DNA of 63,980 nucleotides, counting the filler, from Hyphochytrium catenoides (Eukaryota > Protista > Hyphochytriomycota): NCBI GenBank assembly GCA_900088475.1. It is 15 parts of 15 records of this genome, joined end to end, with 100 filler letters (N's around TTAATTAATTAA, not from the genome) between each part and the next. Parts side by side here need not be neighbours in the genome. Positions count along the whole stretch, not along the records: positions 49,316 to 54,264 come from FLMG01004078.1; positions 54,365 to 55,727 come from FLMG01000329.1; positions 55,828 to 57,635 come from FLMG01001112.1; positions 57,736 to 59,194 come from FLMG01000468.1; positions 59,295 to 60,626 come from FLMG01002686.1; 10 more parts are not named here. One strand, written 5' to 3'. Below the pieces are notes generated by a model. It was not told the DNA's origin. It did not search any database and worked only from the letters and a program-made list of their open reading frames with translations. Made by a program: the position numbers and the translations under genes. Positions 49,316-60,583 of this stretch are shown one piece after another (within the stretch, counting starts at the first letter, position 1; every line of letters starts with the position of its first letter).

Positions 49316-52300
49316 AAATTAGGGGAGAGGATGGGCGGGTGGTCAATGCCACGATATCTAGGCACCGGAAAGTAGAATCAGGGGCAAGAGGGGCAGCTGT
49401 TAGAGAAAAGAAGACCTTGCAGATACGTGCAAAGTATGAGGTGGATGGAGGTACAAAAGAAGAATCTGAGCACGGCTTTCCGCGCAGGTACTTGACGACG
49501 AGAAGGGACAAGGAGGAGAAGTCTTCAAGCTTGATGACGTAAAGACGAAGGTGCAGCACGGGGGCGTAGGACAGAGAAGTGAATGTTCAGAGAAGAAGAA
49601 AGACTATATGGGAAAGCACCCTGCCGGAGGGTTGGACATTGATGGGAATGGACATCATGGACACACGGCAGCAAGCGCTACGGACGTGTCAAAGGCAGAA
49701 GAGATGGAATCATTCTCCACCTTAGAAAGATGGTTCCTTGCGGCGTGAGCCGGAAAACCATGCTCTCGCCTCTCTTTATGCTTCCGTCCAGGCTCTTGAC
49801 TAGATGGTTAAGACCTTCAAAGTCCCCCCGAACTCGAGGCTGCAGAAGTGCTCTTAACGCTCGCTGGACGCTATAACGGTGCAGAGAGCGAGGAACACAA
49901 GGACGTGAACCCCAAGGATAAGGGTTAGTGGGACGCGAACTGACAAGTCATGACCAGTGGGACGACTAACGATAGAGGATTGAGGGAAGACAAAAAGCTG
50001 GGGGAGAAGGACCGAGAGGACAGCGGCAGGCAAAGAGAACAAAGGGATAGTCAGAAGAGTAATTCATGGAACATGGACAAAACGGAGGTTACGCAGAGTT
50101 CCACCGCTATTCACATCAACCCATGGACATAGAGTCAAGAAGTGACTAAAATAACGGACGATCAGCCAAGCTATATAGGGATCCGATAATGAGAAACAAG
50201 CCTGTCAGTAAAGAGCTGGGCCGGTCCACCAGTTCCCAAGCATAGAATGGCAAGGTTAAAAGTAATGGAAGAACTGAGAATAAGATGGACAGATTTGGAC
50301 AGAAGAGCAGTACCTAGACTTCGACATTCTCCTGCGGAAGGAGACAATGATAGTCTTCCTAAAGTTAGACTCTATCAACGTCTCGTAGAATGTCTAATCA
50401 TCGGCATGAGAGAGAAGATTATCGAGACAGCGGGAGGTAGCGCATTAGATGATTAGAAATTCGGCACAAAGGTAAATGCATCATCCTAAAAACCGGACGC
50501 TGGAGAGAGCAGCAGACGAGAGATAAACCCTGCAGCAGCTTAGTAACCGATCGGGAAACGTGAGAGGAGCCATTGACACTATTCTATCTTATCTTGCGTA
50601 TATCTTGCTCACCTCTTTCTTTGCCAAGTCACTAAGATCATAGCCGCTAAAGTCTGCCAACGCCCTCTCCGCTGTTTCAGCGTCAATATAGAATGCTACC
50701 GGAGAGCTGTCCGACCATGATGCTACAGAGTAACGTAACAAAAGGAGGAGGATCTAAGCCGCGAGAAGGAAAGCAGGATAGCTGGGTTGAGGAGCATTCA
50801 ATGAAGGAGAGAGCTAAAGGAGATGTATAACTCACGGTCTGAGTACCCTGGAATCTGTGTAGCCACTCCTACGAGCTGGTCACCATTCGACAAAGTTGCC
50901 GGGAAAGTGACGCCGGCGACAGGCTCCTTCATAGGGCCGAAGGTCTAAAAAAGGTAAATTAGTGATATAGTGTGACAAACAGACAGAGAGAGAGAGTGTG
51001 TGTGTGAGAGAGAGAGAAGAGAAAAGGAAAGAAGACCGCTTTAGGGGCGATGACCTGGAGCTACGAGAGTAGGAACAGAGAGGAAGCGAAAATCAAGAAA
51101 ATAAACACTTTATAGAACCATTGAGATTGCATGTGAAGCAGGACAAAACGGCAAAAAGAGCGAGAGAAGGGGGAAACTAATAGCAAAGACGTCTTTACGC
51201 TTTCGTACCATCTTTTGCTCTGCTTTGGTGTCTGAGAATAGCTTCATTGAGCTAAGCGAGGCACTTCCTTCCTACAGCACGCAAATTGATTCACAGCGTT
51301 AGGCTAATGAGTGGAAAGGGAGAGGCAAGAAAGAAGGAGAGACAGACACACTACATGGACTCTCTCTGTCTCTCTCATCCTTACTATCTCCTTTCTATGT
51401 TCTTCTCGCAAACGCTCCAGCCTTCCGGTTGCCTGCTTCTCTCTCTTACCTCAAGCGATGCTCCTGCTGCCTTGAAAGCTTTGACCCACTTCTCTCTGTC
51501 TTCCCTGGAAGGCGCACAGAGCACCAGCCTAAAGGCCTGTGAAGTGAGCATCATCCCGTACTCTCCCATGCTATTCATCCCGCGCTTGGGGTCGTCAAAC
51601 AGCTTAAGAGTTGTCTCAGACGCCTTCAAATCGAACTGACAGAGCATTGGAGAGTGGGAGAAAGCAGCAAAGCGATACACCGAAGGAAGAAGCGAGGAAG
51701 GTTAGTTCGTTATACAAACAGGGGATTGAAAGGGCGCCTTGAAGGGATTAAGGTCATTGGTCAGGGAACTACAAGCCGATTTAGGATGAGCGGCAACAAG
51801 CGAAGCGAGAGAGGGGGAAAGGAAGCGGGATCTGTAGAGCCGTACGGAGGACAGAGTACAATGCTTATCACCGCCTGAAAGAAGATTGAGACAGGGTCCA
51901 GAAGAATACATTAATGAAGGCAGTGACTAGGGTCAACCATAGAGAGAGACAGAGGACAAAACACATCCGAAAGAGGTCAGAGGAGCAAGTAAGAAATGAA
52001 TGAAGAGCTGTTCGCGGCTCTACCTCGTTCTTCACTCTAAGTTTATCGTCAACTGAGAGGTGAGACAGGAAGTAAGCGAACAGGAATTAAGCGACTTGAC
52101 GGAGTGATAAGAGACTCTAACGAGAGGAGAAAGATGAAGAAAGACGGGAATGCACCGGGATCAGGGCATACCCTGGAAGCAGCTAGAATCATAGGAGGGC
52201 AAAAGAGGAAGAGAGGAAGAAAAGGACAACCAGAGAAAAGAGAGAAAGAGAGAGATATAGACAACTAAGGACTGATGACAACAAAGGACAAGGGGAACTG

Positions 52301-52734
52301 ATGCTTACTGCATAGCAAGACAGAGTTGGCATAGAGCGCAAAGGTACGAGTCTTCCATGTCTGCAAACCGAGAAACAATCGAGAGAAGACGGCAAAGTTT
52401 AGTAGAGGTCAAGGTCTGTATGAGGGACAAGAAAAGAGATGGAGGAAGTTTGATAGACGGAGGAGATGTCATGGATGAGAGGGAGTCGCAGTGCCGCTCA
52501 GAATGATGGCAATCAGCACGTGACGAAGTCCTCCAAAACGGGCAAAGAGAGCGAGAGACAAACAGACGGACACACAGACAGACATCGTCTATGGAGATAG
52601 AGTAAGGTTACATGAAAGGTCTTTGCTCTCTTCGCAAGTTTGCCGTGCATCAGAAGCTTGTCTCCCACTCCAGAGACTGATGAGCCCTTCGACAGAGTTC
52701 TGCCCGTAAGGGGCATCGTAACGCTGTAGGACAT
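49316..52734 (-). CDS. PH domain + chalcone-isomerase-like (CHI/FAP fold) fusion protein, 10 exons, 3' partial
   Basis: Phase-consistent GT-AG exons: 52734-52612, 52360-52309, 52052-52024, 51635-51450, 51271-51209, 50944-50836, 50722-50613, 50393-50314, 49870-49721, 49357-49316. PH: MHGKLAKRAKTFHTWKTRTFALY...LCAPSREDREKWVKAF. CHI-like: KEPVAGVTFPATL...LVGV...AFYID...FYETLIESNFRKTI...LQPRV...IKRGESMVF...ILSPN. Confidence 0.8.
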
Positions 52735-53661
52735 CCTTCGGCCTCAATTCTGTATCTCTTTCTCTATCTCCTTTTGGCCCTGTGGGCCATTGCATCGAAG
52801 CTTCTTAAAGGTCAGCCTCCAACCTGCTGAAGCCGGCAGGAGAGCAGTGGCAATTTTTAGGTGTGCTGATGGTCAAGGTCCGGGTCGGTGACGGGGGGAA
52901 GGACAGAGCAGACAAGAAAGCATAAAGGACAGAGCAAGACTTCGGACTCAATCAGCAAGTCGAAGAAGCGGACAAGTGAGACAAAGATAGCTTGCCTACA
53001 TAGTTCCGGCCTGCTGAGTCTTCATGCTTGCCAATCAAGCAGTCTGCATCCTCTCATGAGGATCACACGGGAGAGAGATCTTGGGGACAAAAGCCCAGCG
53101 ATTAGCAGCGCATAAGGTTCTGGACAGACAAAGCTGCAGTGACCATCGCTGCTCAAGCTGCGGGAAGAAAGAGAATCACGGAGAGCTGATGGGGGGAGGA
53201 GGAAGAGAGAAGAGAGATAGCTGAGCTTGAAAGGGAGAGAGAGAGAGAGAACAAGGAAGAGACAGTTCCTTTCTTTCTCTTCTCTTCTCTTCCTCTTCGC
53301 TCTGACATTCAACATGTACACATCAATACAGGCCTCCCCCGGTATCAGATAAAGCTACTTGATGAGTGGTCGGTTATTTTATAAAATGCCTATTCAGTTA
53401 TCAAAGCCAAGCTCTCTCATGCCGTATTACTATTTTTAAAGGCTTACTGCTAATCAAGGGAAGAACACTCACATAGATATATTACTAATGATTAGCAGAG
53501 CTTGCTTTCAGTTTCCTTCCCTACTATTTTTACTTCCTCGGGGTAAAAGCAGCCGAATAGACGGAGATCACTGTATTACTAGTGGTTGCCTAGACAGGAA
53601 ATGTGGCCTTCTGACACTACTTCTGGGCACCAAAACCAAAGGGCAAGAAAGGAGCGAAAAA

Positions 53662-53721
<60 letters not shown>

Positions 53722-55182
53722 AAGAGAGAGAGAATGGAAGAGAGAGAGAGAGAATGGAAGAGAGAGAGAGAGAAAGAGAGAGAGAGGAGAGAATGGAGAA
53801 GAAAAGAGAGAAAGAGAGAAAAGAGAGAGTGAAGGAGGGGAGAGAGAGAGACAAAGAGAGAGAGCGAAGCAGAGAGAGAGAGAGGACAGACAGAGCAAAT
53901 GGGCAAGATTAGGCACAAGAAGTTGAACTCGTTTTCTCTCTCCCTCTCGTGTCTGTCTCCTGTCTCCTCACTACACTCCACCTTGCCACTGTGACGCCCA
54001 GTTCATGCAGCCGCAGCCTCTTGTCCCCAGCAGCCTCTGCTGGGTTCCTCCTCCTTCCAAGAGCCAACGTGATTGATCTTCTCTTCTTTGGCAGCACTTG
54101 GACAGCTTCTCTCTCGGTCTCAAGAGCGAACGAGCTGCAGATTTAACAGCCGTAGACAGGCGATTGGCTGTCTTTCCTTTCCTCTGCCCCAGCGGCGTCT
54201 CTCTTCTTCATTAGATCGAGCTGGACGGTCGATGGTGCCCAAGTGGATCATTGCCTGGGGTCTCNNNNNNNNNNNNNNNNNNNNNNNNNNNNNNNNNNNN
54301 NNNNNNNNTTAATTAATTAANNNNNNNNNNNNNNNNNNNNNNNNNNNNNNNNNNNNNNNNNNNNGACAAGACAGAAAGAGAGAGAGAGGGGGGAAACTAA
54401 GAGAGAAAGGAGAGAGAGGGAGAGAGAGGTAAAAAGTGGCTCAGGTGAGGTCTTATACAAAGGATGTGGGTGAGGGTGCAAGAGGGACGATCGAGTGCGA
54501 GAGAGACCTGTGTCCTCAGAGAGAGAGCCAGAATCTATCGTCAGAGCAAGAAAGAAAAGGGAAACAGAGAGAGAAAGAGAGAGAGAGATGGATCTATCCA
54601 GGGTTAATAAGCCTGACAACCAAAGAGAGAGAGAACAAGAGAAGAAAGAGAGGAGAGAGAGGGGTGGAGAGAGAGAGAGAAAAAGAGAGAGAGAACAAGA
54701 GAGAAAGAAGAGAGGAGAGAAAGGGAAAGAGAGAGAGAGAAACAAGAGAGAGAGAGAGAGAAACAAGAGAGAGAGAGAGAAAGAGAGGAGAGAAAGTCCC
54801 AACATCCGGACCAAAAGATATTTGACACTTTTCTGAGAGAGGAGAGGGGGAGCTGGACCGGATATTACTACTTCAAATAACCCTATTAAATCTAGAGTAA
54901 GAATTACACGTACTACTATATGATAGCCGTTACCCTCCCACTGATAAGGAAAGCTATTATTTTGAGCTTAGCTAATAAATCTATAATTCAGATAGTATAT
55001 TATTACTCCTCTTCTTGGTCATTCCCTTCTTGGCACAGTAGCCGTACTGATTACAGTATAAGAGGAACAGTTCTGCATCTTATTATGAATATGTTCACCC
55101 TTTTTGCTCTTTCTAGCTGCATTTTTAGTGCTCGTGGCGTGTCAAGCTGTTGACGTCCAAAGTGGGGCTGCAACTTAGAAAA

Positions 55183-55252
<70 letters not shown>

Positions 55253-56278
55253 TGAGAGAGAGAGAGTTCAAGCTGTTGACGCCAAGTGAACCTTTAGGTC
55301 GAGAGGGAGAGAGAGAGAGAAGAGAGAGAAAAAGAGGGAGTAGTGTAAGAGTGTGAGAGACAGAGGGAGAGAGAGAGAGAGCGTGTGCAAGAGAGAGAAA
55401 GAGAGGGACGAGAAAGAGAAAAAGAGGGGAGAGAGAGAGGAAGAGAGGCGAGAGAGAGATACAGAGAGAGAGGGAGAAGAGGAGAGAGAGAGAAGGAGGA
55501 CCAGAGAGAGAGAGAGAGGGGGAGAGTCAGCCGAGGTACGTCCAAAGTAGGGGGAGTTGAAGAGAGGGAGAGAAGAGACCAGTGTAGCGCGTGGAAAAAG
55601 CGAGAGACAGGAGAGAGAGAGAGAGAAGAGATCTATTGATGGGAGAGAGGGCGAGAGGGAAGGATAATAGTGCGAATGATAGGAAGACGAGCAGAAGAAG
55701 AGCCCTTTGGATGGCAAGCAAGCTTGGNNNNNNNNNNNNNNNNNNNNNNNNNNNNNNNNNNNNNNNNNNNNTTAATTAATTAANNNNNNNNNNNNNNNNN
55801 NNNNNNNNNNNNNNNNNNNNNNNNNNNCCCACCCTTCGCATCGTTGCGCGCGCCGCCAAATATAGAGAAAGAAAGAGAAGAGAGAGACCCAAAGAAAGAG
55901 AGACGCAGATTATCGAGGCTGAGATTTCATCCTTGTTAGCAGGTGCGTCGCAGTCTCTTCCTCAGCCAATAAATCAGAACAAAGAGATTATCCCGACCGT
56001 AAGAGAGAGAGAGAGAAAGAGAAAAATAAAGAGAGAGAAAAATAGAGAGAGAGAGAGAGAGAAAGAGATTCACTCCGCTAGAGAAAACAGTCAAAGAAAA
56101 CCCAGACGCCAGGCATCTCTCCCTCTTTCTCTTCAACCAGACTTCCCCAAGGTCTGTCTTTATAGTAGGACCTTCATCCCGCGAGATATCTGCGGATGAC
56201 AAGCTTGAGCTCTTCGTTTCCACTCTGTCTCGCACCGGTGAAATGTTGATGTCAGTACGCCGAGGCAGTGATCCTACC

Positions 56279-56698
56279 ATGGGCTATCTCTTAGGCTGCG
56301 GAAGAGCGAGAGAGAGACTCCAGGGAGAGAGAGAGACACTTGAGAGAGAGTACGGCGACTCTTCTCTCTCTTCTTCCGAAGAGTTCTCTCCTCCTCCTCC
56401 TTCCCAAGACAGCGGCGGCTATCTCTCTCTTGGGGAGGGCGCAAGCTGGGACAGATTCTCTGTCTCTCGCTCTCAGTTAGAGGAAGAGAGCGGCGATTAT
56501 GAGTCGCAGATGGTCCTGGAAAGTGTGGAAGGAAAGAGCGTGATCTTGAGAAATTATCGGCTGGGCACTGTCTTTCTGACGATTGACTGTCGCTTTCACG
56601 TCGAGCGCATCCTGGGCGCGGGTTCCCATGGCATTGTATGGTAAGACAAGAAAAGGGATAGCAGCTGATGAGGGAGAGAGAAAAAGAGAGAGAGAAAG

Positions 56699-56737
<39 letters not shown>

Positions 56738-56864
56738 AACCGGAGGTTGCTAGCTTTTCTATGGAAGGGTCCTTTTCGAGCTTTCCACTCCTTGGCTTAT
56801 TATTGCTTGATCTCTTATCTCTCGTCTTATGCCTCTCTTTCCGTTCTCTTCTCTCTCCTGTCCG

Positions 56865-56908
<44 letters not shown>

Positions 56909-57384
56909 GATAGTTCCGCAAGAGATAACAGCAGCGGCCACTTCGTTGCCATCAAAAAGATGACGAACGTCTTCAAGACTCTGAGCAGGGCCAAGAGAAC
57001 ACTTAGAGAGCTCCGCCTGCTTCGGTTTCTGAAGCATGAGAATGTACGTTATCTCTCCCCCTCTCTCTCGCGCGCGTTCTCTCTCTCTCTCGTTCTCTTT
57101 CTCCCTCATTTCGTCTCTCTCTGTTCCCTCTGTCTGTATCTCTCTCTGTTGGTGTGCTATTGCTTTGTGCTGTCTTCACATTTTCGGCTTGAATGTACCG
57201 GATTCTCTCTTTAGATAGTCTCTGCTTACCCTAGCTGTCCTCTTCTCTCTCTCTTTCTCTCTCTGTCTCACTCACATTCTCTCTCTCTTTCTCTATCGTC
57301 TCATTTATGCTTTTCTTTTTCTCTCTAGATTATCGACAATAGCATGATTTTGAAGCCAACCGAGGAGAAAACGTTTAGAGACAT
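56279..57384 (+). CDS. Mitogen-activated protein kinase (ERK-like), 3' partial
   Basis: Exons 56279 (or 56243)-56640, 56914-57043 and 57329-57384: ILGAGSHGIVC|SARD...VAIKKMTNVF...AKRTLRELRLLRFLKHEN|II... Confidence 0.9.
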
Positions 57385-57735
57385 GTAAGGAGCTTTCTCT
57401 CTCTCTTTCTCTCTGCGTCTCCTTCCTTGTTTATTAGCTGTCTTTCTATGCCAGTGTCTCCTTTACCAGATTCCCCCCTTTCCTCCAGCGACATCTTCTC
57501 TCTCTCTCGCTGTCTCTCTCTCTCTTTCTACTGCTTTCTCATCATTCTGCTCTACCCTCTCGCTCCTCATCTCTCTTTGTTCGCTTTCTCTCACACTGTC
57601 TCTTTGGCTTGCTCTCTCTTGCTCTCTCTCTCTCTNNNNNNNNNNNNNNNNNNNNNNNNNNNNNNNNNNNNNNNNNNNNTTAATTAATTAANNNNNNNNN
57701 NNNNNNNNNNNNNNNNNNNNNNNNNNNNNNNNNNN

Positions 57736-59194
57736 GCCACTTGAACCTGTCACTAGGTACATGCTGCCTGACGAACTTGCAGACGCAGATCCTGTTGACA
57801 GCGTCAGTGAACCACTCAAACCGCTAGCGCCAGCGTTTGAACTACCAACCACAGCAATACCACTGCCGCTGCCAGTGCTGCCACCCGATACGAGTTCGAC
57901 ATTGCCACCAGATGCAGCGGTAGATAGACCTCCCTGAAGGTGTAAGGATCCCCCAATGCCACCTTGAGCTGCACCAGCAACGATCTCGACGGAGCCCGCA
58001 TTCATACCATTACTTAGCGCTCCGCCAGCTCGGACATCAATCATGCCACCAACAGCATTCGTGCTGTCGCCTACCGACAGCTGAATCATACCACTAGAAC
58101 CAGACTGTGCCTTCCCTGTAGAAAGTAGTACACTACCAGTAGAACCCGTCGCAGCAGCACCACTATTCACTTCTACACGACCACTCACACCAGAGCCGGC
58201 TTTTGCTGTATGAAGCAGAATATTGCCACTACTGGAAAAAACACCGAAGCCAGACGAAAGCACGACAGCACCGCCATATCCACCAACATCCGACGTTTCC
58301 CCGGCAGACAAGAATATATGACCACCAGATCCAGTATTACCGAAACCAACCATCACGTCGATATTACCTCCATGACCTCCTGTGGAAGAGCCAGTCATCA
58401 ACGAAATTCGGCCAGATGAACCCACACTAGAAGCACCGGTATGGATCATAATGTCACCACTGGAGCCCCCAGCTGAATCAGATGAGGACATATCCACACC
58501 TTCACTACTGGTAGACATACCAGAACCAGACCGCAGGCGGACGACACCACCACTTCCGGAAGCAGAAGTGGAGTCACCCGCAATTATATCAATGGCACCA
58601 CCAGTGGACGAAGTTCCATCACCCACAGACAGCACAATAGCACCGCCGCTACCAGACCCTGAGACTCCGGTCGAGATGATTATAGCACCAGATGTTCCCA
58701 ATGACGCAGAGCCACTACTGATGGTAATAGAACCGCTAACACCCGCCGAGCCGGCATCCATACTTCCCAACGTCACAAAGCCACTACTCGTAGACACACC
58801 TGCACCACTCAAAAGACGGATATTACCACCAAAGCTGCTGCCACCTATACCTCCAGCTACTCGCACGGATCCTCCCCTTCCGCCACTGCCATAGCCTCCA
58901 TGAATACTAACAACACCGCCAGCTGATGTACTGGCACTCGATAGTCCCGCTCTTAGCGTAATCGCACCGCCGTCCGCCAGTACGCCATTACCCACACTCA
59001 TTTGGATCCCACCACCAACTCCACCGCCACTTGAACCTGTCACTAGGTATATGCTGCCTGACGAACTTGCAGACGAAAATCCTGTTGATAGTCTCAGTGA
59101 ACCACTCACACCATTAGCGCCAGCGTTAGAACTACCAATCACGGAGTTACCACTGCCGCTACCAATGCTGGATCCCGATACGAGTTCGACACTG
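57736..59194 (-). CDS. Gly/Ser-rich 15-aa repeat protein (predicted beta-solenoid or fibre), fragment open at both ends
   Basis: Uninterrupted frame across the whole contig; unit (S/G)GxhxhxxGxxxxxx; 57736-57903 is a near-copy of 59026-59194 (offset 1290 bp). Confidence 0.88.
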
Positions 59195-59294
59195 NNNNNN
59201 NNNNNNNNNNNNNNNNNNNNNNNNNNNNNNNNNNNNNNTTAATTAATTAANNNNNNNNNNNNNNNNNNNNNNNNNNNNNNNNNNNNNNNNNNNN

Positions 59295-60583
59295 TGCATG
59301 GGGACCGGATCCATCTCCTCGTGTGGAGCCAAGACTGAAAAAGAATTACCGCGCTTAGGCTCGCCAACAACCGTGTTGAGGGGACGCTTACCCTTTCCGT
59401 GGCGAACAACTGTAGGAGAACCTACCGGAGCGGAAGACCGGTTCTTCGAAGGCTCACTTTCCCTCAGTGGGGCAAGAATATGGCTAAAGTCTTTCTTGAG
59501 GAGCCTCAGGAGGCGAAGGAAGTAACCGTTAATAGCGAGGAAACCTCGCTCGAGACTAACCCGAGCCTGGGCTTCATACCGCCGAGAAACAGCGGGAACA
59601 GCATCTCTGAGGTCTTGAGTTTGGCCCGAGGGCGAGGAACGAAGGAGCTCTTCCGCAAAAGGCGATCGAGACACGCATTTACAATGCATGCGCTCACGAA
59701 GGAGACCCTCAATGCGGTCGGCATCTTGCTCCAAGACCACCAACTGAATACCTGCCGCCCCAAAGGGGCACACCCAACGAATTGTGTGGGTTCTAAGCTC
59801 TAACGCCTTCTCAAGGAGAGCCTTAGAGAGAGCAGCAGACTGCCGAGGGAAACCGTCCGGTATAAAAAGGGAACAAAAGGGAGCACGAGAAGGAAGCTTC
59901 CCCTGTTGAAGGGCTGAAACCGCCTCCGAAGAGGAAAGCCTGGACACCCGGGCGGACGGAGGAAGCCTGGAACGAGCAGAGACAGACCGAGGAGCGCCAG
60001 AGGCAGCCGCTTGAGCGTAAGAGCGAGCCGCGCCAGCACGAGCTGCTGGCCGAACGGGCACTGGAGGGGTAGGAAGAGGAAGAAAAGTGGCGGGAGACTG
60101 AGCAGGAGCAAGAGCAGGTAAGGGAAGGAGAGAGTTAGAGGACACAGAGGGAGAAGCGATAGAAGGAAGAAGCTCAGCCTGCGAAGCAGATTCAGGAGCA
60201 GCGGCAGGGACCAAACCAGACGTCTCTACAGCAGAGGAGGAAGCAGAGGACAGAGGGGCAGCAGGCGTTACAGAAGAGGGAGGGGAGGGGTAAGAGCCGT
60301 TAGCAGCTTCTGAACGCGCCAAAGAACGGCGAAGAGACGAGTTGCGCAAAAGATCATCAGAATCGGCAGGAGAAGAATCAGAACTATCCATAGGATCTTT
60401 AGCGGCAGGAAAGCCTCTCGAAAGAGCTGCTTGAAGGTTGGCAACGGAAGCGGTCAAGGAGACGAGGGCAGCATCGAAGGCGTTAGAGCGGCCGATCAAT
60501 GAGATGACCAGCTTTTCCAACGTGCGGGCATGCATAAGGAAACGATCCAGATCTCTTCTGGAAATCGGCACGGGTTGATCCAT
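59295..60583 (-). mobile_element. Probable non-LTR retrotransposon ORF1 (gag-like), 3' partial
   Basis: Intronless ORF of about 430 aa: N-terminal coiled coil (LVSLTASVANLQAAL), S/P/A-rich linker, RSYAQAAAS motif, globular middle region and C-terminal NSFSVL motif. This layout is typical of LINE ORF1. No RT is on the contig. Confidence 0.55.

Noticed and set aside
8747-52734. Apparent lipid/ESCRT gene cluster (sphingosine kinase, sterol GT, MIM/PTAP protein, MABP-USP, PH-CHI)
   Set aside because: The genes lie on different scaffolds joined artificially, so co-location is not evidence.
3045-57687. Dozens of LSLSLS / ERERER ORFs
   Set aside because: They are translations of (CT)n/(GA)n microsatellites in introns and intergenic DNA. 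The one argued exception is kinase exon 1.
58382-58894. Pro-rich plus-strand ORF
   Set aside because: Antisense shadow of the Gly/Ser repeat gene (GGN codons read as Pro/Thr/Ala).
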